From NCBI GenBank assembly GCA_965116825.1, contig OZ220736.1:1403888-1467887 (forward strand): 64,000 nucleotides of DNA, written 5' to 3'. The notes beneath the pieces were generated by a model. That model searched no databases, was not told where the DNA came from, and saw nothing but the letters and a program-made list of their open reading frames with translations. The position numbers and the translations under genes were made by a program. This DNA is from Vicinamibacterales bacterium. GTDB taxonomy: Bacteria > Acidobacteriota > Vicinamibacteria > Vicinamibacterales > UBA8438. This document shows positions 59,370-64,000 of the stretch, in pieces; position 1 is the stretch's first letter; each line of letters begins with the position of its first letter.

Positions 59370-61430
59370 CTACTCCAGCAGCGCCTTGAACACGCCGTCC
59401 GCCGGGTCGCTGTAGAACTCGACGTTGATCTTCGTCCACAAGTCGTCCGGCAGGTCGTTCAGGGAGCGCCGGGCCGAGACCGGCATCAGCAGGGTGGCGG
59501 CCTGCTTGTCTACCGCGAGCTCCGCGACGGCGACGGGGTTGGGAATCGTCTCTATCGACCCGCCCAGGTTCAGCGGTCCTACGATGATGGTTCCCCCGCG
59601 TGTGCTCCGCTCCAGCAACCCGCCCACGCAGGCCACGAGGACCGGCAGCCCGAGTCCGGCCCCGGACGTGTCGGCATCGAAAGGCCGGAGCTGGATGGTG
59701 TACTCGTGGGCTCGCGGGTCGCGATCGCCGATCAGCTCCTTGGCGCGCGCGTAGAGGTTCTGCTCGCCGACCTTGACACTCTCCCGGAACGCGGGCGGGA
59801 CGGGGTGGTTCAGCACCTTCGCGCCGCTGCCGGGGCCGGCGGCGATCTCGATGCGATACAGACCCGCGCCGATCTCGCCCCGGCCGGGGCCGATCGCCCA
59901 GACCTGGCCCGGCGGCAGCGGGTCCCCGTCGATGGCTTCATCGCTGTGCAGCTCCGGCGTGGAGACGAACTGCTCGATCCCGTCGACGCCCAGCGTGAAG
60001 GAGAAGTGCGTGTTGCGGAACTCGCTCTTCAGGCACCGCTTCTGCTGTTCCTTCACGCGCCGGCGCGACTCCAGGGCCAGCCGCACGATCCATTCGAGGT
60101 CGTCGTCCGACACGGGCTGGTCGGGATCGGGGAAGAGCAGCTTCACGAGACCGGAGCAGGTCTTGTGCACGGCCTCCACGTCGCGTCCGCTGAGGGCGCC
60201 GCCCCAGAACACCCGGTTCTGAAGCACCGAGACCCGGCTGGTCTGCCGCAGGCGGGTCCAGCACTCGCTGAGGAAGTCGCTCACCAGTCCGAAATGGTCG
60301 GTCAGGTGATCGGCGGGATTGAGCTTCGGGAAGTTCCAGCCGGGCGCGTAGGCGTGGATGCGGTCGTGGAACGCGGTGTCGTCCCGCATCTCCTTCGGCA
60401 GCGGGCTCAGGAGGTGGCCGATCCGTTGCTGCTGCTCGACGTCCACCTCGAAGTTGCCGACCATGACGATGCCGCCCTCGGCGCGGATGCTCTCCTTGCC
60501 GCGGCTGAACTCGCCGGAGGCCATGTAGCCCTTCATGATGTTGACGCCGTCCTTCTGGTCGAAGGAGATCCCGGCGATCTCGTCGAAGCAGACCACGTCG
60601 TACTGGCAGAGCAGGCCGCGCTGCCCGTTGGCCATGTTCACGAACATCTTGGCGACGGTGGCCTTGCCGCCCGACAGCAGGTGCGAGTACGGGGAGAGCT
60701 GCTGGTAGATGTGGCTCTTGCCGGTGCCGCGCGGACCCAGCTCGACCAGGTTGTAGTTGCGCTCGACGAACGGCGCCATGCGCAGCAGCACGACGCGCTT
60801 GGCCGCCTCGTCCAGGCTGGCCGGCTCAAGGCCCGCGGAGCGGATGAGAAAGTCGCGCCAACGTTCGGTCGTGAACTCGCGGCGCCCCCTCGCCAGCACG
60901 TCGAGCACGTCCGGCTTCGACATCTGGATGGGACGCAACTGCGCGACGCGGAACGGGCGGCCGGATGCGTCCTGCGACTCGACCGGATCGTAGCCCAGCG
61001 TCACCTCGGCGTAGAACCCGTCGCCCAGCATGCGCTCGTTGTCCTTGACGATGGCGTCCGACACCTGCACGTCGTTCAGGTTCAGGCTCGGCAGCTCGGC
61101 GACGTAGCAGTCGTTCTTCGCGTCCAGCCTGGCGCGAACCACGTCGATCAGCTTGACGGATCCGTTCTCGCGCGCGCGGGACTTGAAGATCTCCTGGTCG
61201 CTGGTCCGCACCGTCCGGCCCCGGAGCTGCCGCTCGACGATCTCCAGCCCTTCCGCTATCTCGCGGTCGTCCACGCTCGCGCAATAGCGTCCCAGCAGGA
61301 ATTCGACCACGTAGGTCGGGACGGGATACTGCCGCGCGTACCGACGTACCAGGTCCTTGCGAACGAGGTAGCCCGGGAAGGCCTCCGCGGCAAGAGTGTC
61401 CAGTGGGTCCATTGCGACCGACTCGCTCAT
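59370..61430 (-). CDS. brxL: BREX Lon-like protease/ATPase BrxL
   Basis: The ATG at 61430 (MSESVAMDPLD...) overlaps the pglZ stop (ATGA). Walker A motif LGPRGTGKSHIY. Characteristic BrxL sequence with a Lon-protease-like C-terminus. Confidence 0.9.
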   Translation of the reverse strand: MSESVAMDPLDTLAAEAFPGYLVRKDLVRRYARQYPVPTYVVEFLLGRYCASVDDREIAEGLEIVERQLRGRTVRTSDQEIFKSRARENGSVKLIDVVRARLDAKNDCYVAELPSLNLNDVQVSDAIVKDNERMLGDGFYAEVTLGYDPVESQDASGRPFRVAQLRPIQMSKPDVLDVLARGRREFTTERWRDFLIRSAGLEPASLDEAAKRVVLLRMAPFVERNYNLVELGPRGTGKSHIYQQLSPYSHLLSGGKATVAKMFVNMANGQRGLLCQYDVVCFDEIAGISFDQKDGVNIMKGYMASGEFSRGKESIRAEGGIVMVGNFEVDVEQQQRIGHLLSPLPKEMRDDTAFHDRIHAYAPGWNFPKLNPADHLTDHFGLVSDFLSECWTRLRQTSRVSVLQNRVFWGGALSGRDVEAVHKTCSGLVKLLFPDPDQPVSDDDLEWIVRLALESRRRVKEQQKRCLKSEFRNTHFSFTLGVDGIEQFVSTPELHSDEAIDGDPLPPGQVWAIGPGRGEIGAGLYRIEIAAGPGSGAKVLNHPVPPAFRESVKVGEQNLYARAKELIGDRDPRAHEYTIQLRPFDADTSGAGLGLPVLVACVGGLLERSTRGGTIIVGPLNLGGSIETIPNPVAVAELAVDKQAATLLMPVSARRSLNDLPDDLWTKINVEFYSDPADGVFKALLE

Positions 61431-63829
61431 ACGTCCTCTCCCACACGGATCGGCCGCTGGGCCAGCACGCGGCCCGCGTCGTCCAGCAGCACCAGCACCA
61501 GCGCCGCCGCCTCGTGCTCGTCGTCGGCCAGCACCAGGCTGACGGCGCCCTCGGCGTCGACCGGTTTCGCAGCCGCGGCCACCGACTCGCCGGTAGGCCG
61601 GCCCAGGCGCAGATCGGCCGTCACGGGTCCGCCGCGGACCTCCGCTTCGATGAAGCAGCGGAGGCCGCGCCACGTCACCGACGTAATGCCGCCGGCCGTT
61701 TCTCCTCCTGCAATACGCGTCACGACGAGATCCGGGATGAGGCACTCCTGGATGCTCAGGCCGCCGTGCGCGTACTCCTCGGATCGGTTGAAGCAGGCCA
61801 CGCCGGGCGGAGTCGCGAACCACTGCGCGCCGTTCCAATGCCAGGGAGCGCGGATGACGTCGGGCGCCGATTCGCCGGCCATCGCCGCACAGCGCGCCCA
61901 GCGGCTCTCGGTGAGGTGCTTCGGCAGATCCACCTTCGGGAGTCCGCCGGGCAGCAACAGCCACCCGTGGTCCGTCACCACCCGCACCGACGTCCAGCCG
62001 GCGTCGAGCACGCGCTCGACCCGTTCAGCCACACGCTCCAGCTCCCGGTCGAGATCCCGCGCGAGCCGCCCGTCCCGCTGGTGGCCGAGCGTGTCGAACT
62101 CGCCCGTCTCCAGCCAGCCGCGCGCCGGATGCGTTCGTGGCGCGTCGGCGCCATCGCCACCCAGGATCTGGTAGCCCGCCGCCTCCAGCGCCGCGCGCAG
62201 GGCCGGCGCGTCGGCGGGGCGCGGATCGGACGCATGGGCGGGGCGCGCACCGGGGCCGGCGGCCGGTCTGCCGCCGACCCGTATCCGCGCGCCGAACGCC
62301 TGCCCCAGCGTGTCACCGTCGATCTGCTCTGCCACCGGTGTCACCGCCGGTTTGCCGGTGCCGGTCACCGTCGGGAGCGCCGCCCACCGCCGCCCCAGGT
62401 CGACGCGGAACCCGCGGCCTTCCAACCGTTCCGCCAGACGCTGCGCCAGATCGAAGCGCAGCCCGTCCACGAACACGAGACAACCGTCGTCCTCCGCCTC
62501 GACGGCCGGTTGCCCGCCAGCGCCCGGCAGGGGCCCACGTGCAAGCGCCGCCTGAAACGCCCGAGCCGAATCCTCCAGCCACGGCTGGAGCAAATGGCGT
62601 ACCGCCGCCGCCACACATGCTTCGTCGGCGACCGGCGCCGCGGCCACCGCCTGCCACGCCCCGAGGTCGGCCTGCCACCCACGCTCCAGGTACGCATCCG
62701 CCACATCGGCGGGCTCGGTGCCGCCCAGAGCCCGCTGCGCAGCAGTCGCCAGGCTCCCGAGCGGCTTCAGAATCGCCGCCATCGGCGCCAGCCCCAGGCG
62801 AGCCCACACCCACGCGCGTCGTTCCCCGTGCTTCTCTTCCAGGCCCGCCACCGCCTCGCATGCCTCTCGGTGCGAGAGATCCGGAAGCCCCTGCAGCGCG
62901 AGCCGCACCGCCTCCTCGTCCTGGTCGTTCAGGTCCGGCCACCGTTCCCGTTCCTCGAAACGGAGCGCGTCCGCGGGGGCGCTGCGCCGCAGGAGACCGG
63001 CGATGTCGCCGTAGCTGCCCGGCGCCTCGGTGAACCGCTCCCACACCGCCGCCCACGCCCCCTCGCCCTTCGCCATGCGTTCTCCGGCGACGACGTCCGC
63101 CTCCTGCCGCGGACTGAACCCCAACTCGTCCTGGCAGCGATTGCAGAACGCGTGCCAGCCGTTCTCGCCCAATCGGTTGCGCGTCGTGTCGGGATCGCCC
63201 ATCCACCGCAGGAGATCCCGGATGACGTCCCCGGCCAGCATGCGATCGAAGTCGTCCGCCTCCAGGTGACGTCCCTCGAGCTGTGCCACCGGCGTCAGCG
63301 CCACCTCTTCCAGCGCGCGCAACAGCGCCTCCGACGTGGCGCGATCCCCCGCAACGTCCAGACCCAGCGTCTTCCGGGAGGTCAGGAAGGCGTTCACGGT
63401 CCAGTCGCTCCCGTTCGGCTGGTGCCACAGGGCGCCCCGGAACAGCAGCTCCACCAGCGGCTTCAGCCCCTCCGGGCACTCCTCGCCCGCACGGAGGTCC
63501 TGCCGCGCAACGCCCGGCAGGTAGATGATCGGGGGACGGCCCTTGGGAACATTCGGCTCGCCCAGCGTTCCGTCAACGATGCAACGCAGCCAGACGGCCG
63601 GACCGGTGCGGTGCCCCGGCGCGTAGTCGCCCAGGGCGAGGTACTCCTCAAGACGCTGAAGGAACAGATCAACCAGCGGCGCCCACTCCCGCTTTGGATC
63701 CGGCCACAGGATCGCGGCCGGGCCCGTCTGGCCGTCGAGTGGCGCATTCTTCGCCCGCAGGTTGGCGATCAGACGGTCGAGGACGGTGTCAGGCGCCGGA
63801 TGCGGGCCGGGTCGCTCCGGTGCGCTCAT
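61427..63829 (-). CDS. pglZ: BREX PglZ (alkaline-phosphatase-fold) protein
   Basis: 800 aa. PglZ core LVFVDGLRFDLAQRL...ALPTVTGTGKPAVTP. Position immediately upstream of brxL. Confidence 0.9.
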   Translation of the reverse strand: MSAPERPGPHPAPDTVLDRLIANLRAKNAPLDGQTGPAAILWPDPKREWAPLVDLFLQRLEEYLALGDYAPGHRTGPAVWLRCIVDGTLGEPNVPKGRPPIIYLPGVARQDLRAGEECPEGLKPLVELLFRGALWHQPNGSDWTVNAFLTSRKTLGLDVAGDRATSEALLRALEEVALTPVAQLEGRHLEADDFDRMLAGDVIRDLLRWMGDPDTTRNRLGENGWHAFCNRCQDELGFSPRQEADVVAGERMAKGEGAWAAVWERFTEAPGSYGDIAGLLRRSAPADALRFEERERWPDLNDQDEEAVRLALQGLPDLSHREACEAVAGLEEKHGERRAWVWARLGLAPMAAILKPLGSLATAAQRALGGTEPADVADAYLERGWQADLGAWQAVAAAPVADEACVAAAVRHLLQPWLEDSARAFQAALARGPLPGAGGQPAVEAEDDGCLVFVDGLRFDLAQRLAERLEGRGFRVDLGRRWAALPTVTGTGKPAVTPVAEQIDGDTLGQAFGARIRVGGRPAAGPGARPAHASDPRPADAPALRAALEAAGYQILGGDGADAPRTHPARGWLETGEFDTLGHQRDGRLARDLDRELERVAERVERVLDAGWTSVRVVTDHGWLLLPGGLPKVDLPKHLTESRWARCAAMAGESAPDVIRAPWHWNGAQWFATPPGVACFNRSEEYAHGGLSIQECLIPDLVVTRIAGGETAGGITSVTWRGLRCFIEAEVRGGPVTADLRLGRPTGESVAAAAKPVDAEGAVSLVLADDEHEAAALVLVLLDDAGRVLAQRPIRVGEDV

Positions 63830-64000
63830 GCCCGCCCCTGCACGTGCTCCGGACCGTCGCCCACCGCTTCGCAGGCCACCATCTCCCAGCCGTGGAACAC
63901 CACGGCCAAGCCGATGTGCCGCACGGACGGATGGCGGCGGTGCAGATCCTCGTCCGCCAAGTAGCGCCGCACCTGATCGGCAGCCTCCCGCATCTTCTCC
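63826..64000 (-). CDS. 3' end of an upstream gene, truncated by the window edge and unassigned
   Basis: The revcomp reads ...EKMREAADQVRRYLADEDLHRRHPSVRHIGLAVVFHGWEMVACEAVGDGPEHVQGRA*. Its TGA overlaps the pglZ ATG. Canonical BREX-1 order predicts pglX here, but the tail loosely resembles PD-(D/E)XK (DUF1703-like) C-termini instead. Confidence 0.4.
   Translation of the reverse strand, partial: EKMREAADQVRRYLADEDLHRRHPSVRHIGLAVVFHGWEMVACEAVGDGPEHVQGRA

Overview
High-GC bacterial chromosomal window with very dense coding. All family calls come from motifs I recognised in the supplied translations; no searches were run. The lineage is not determinable; DUF1501/DUF1592 pairs, PQQ dehydrogenases and multihaem cytochromes suggest an environmental Gram-negative. 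Housekeeping blocks: addB-addA-like helicase/nuclease genes followed by a glutaminyl cyclase (0.3-8.5 kb), thrB, a complete sufBCDSUT operon (40.4-46.7 kb), a BCCT transporter, two PQQ dehydrogenases, and an extracytoplasmic DUF1592/DUF1501 cluster (49.5-57.3 kb). Two defence-dense stretches lie between them. (1) 13.8-34 kb holds vapBC, a Septu-like ptuA/ptuB pair with ptuB frameshifted, a Fic gene, and a Type I R-M locus (hsdR, then yhcG-like nuclease, then hsdM) with no hsdS visible. That locus is split by an opposite-strand three-gene cassette: a MerR/excisionase-like HTH, an 829-aa gamma-class N6-MTase with a TaqI-like TRD, and a VapC-like PIN. A Fic remnant flanks the cassette. A large 2OG-Fe(II) oxygenase sits immediately upstream of hsdM. 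(2) 58.4-64 kb holds the pglZ-brxL end of a BREX-1-like locus, which continues beyond the window, plus a retropepsin-like protease, an orphan AbrB antitoxin and gene fragments. The best candidates for an undescribed system are the HTH-MTase-PIN cassette, possibly cooperating with the S-less hsdR, and the 2OG-oxygenase/hsdM/yhcG operon. No integrase, transposase, tRNA, rRNA or CRISPR array was seen. Frameshifts and remnants occur only in accessory genes. Most long ORFs antisense to real genes are GC-driven shadows.
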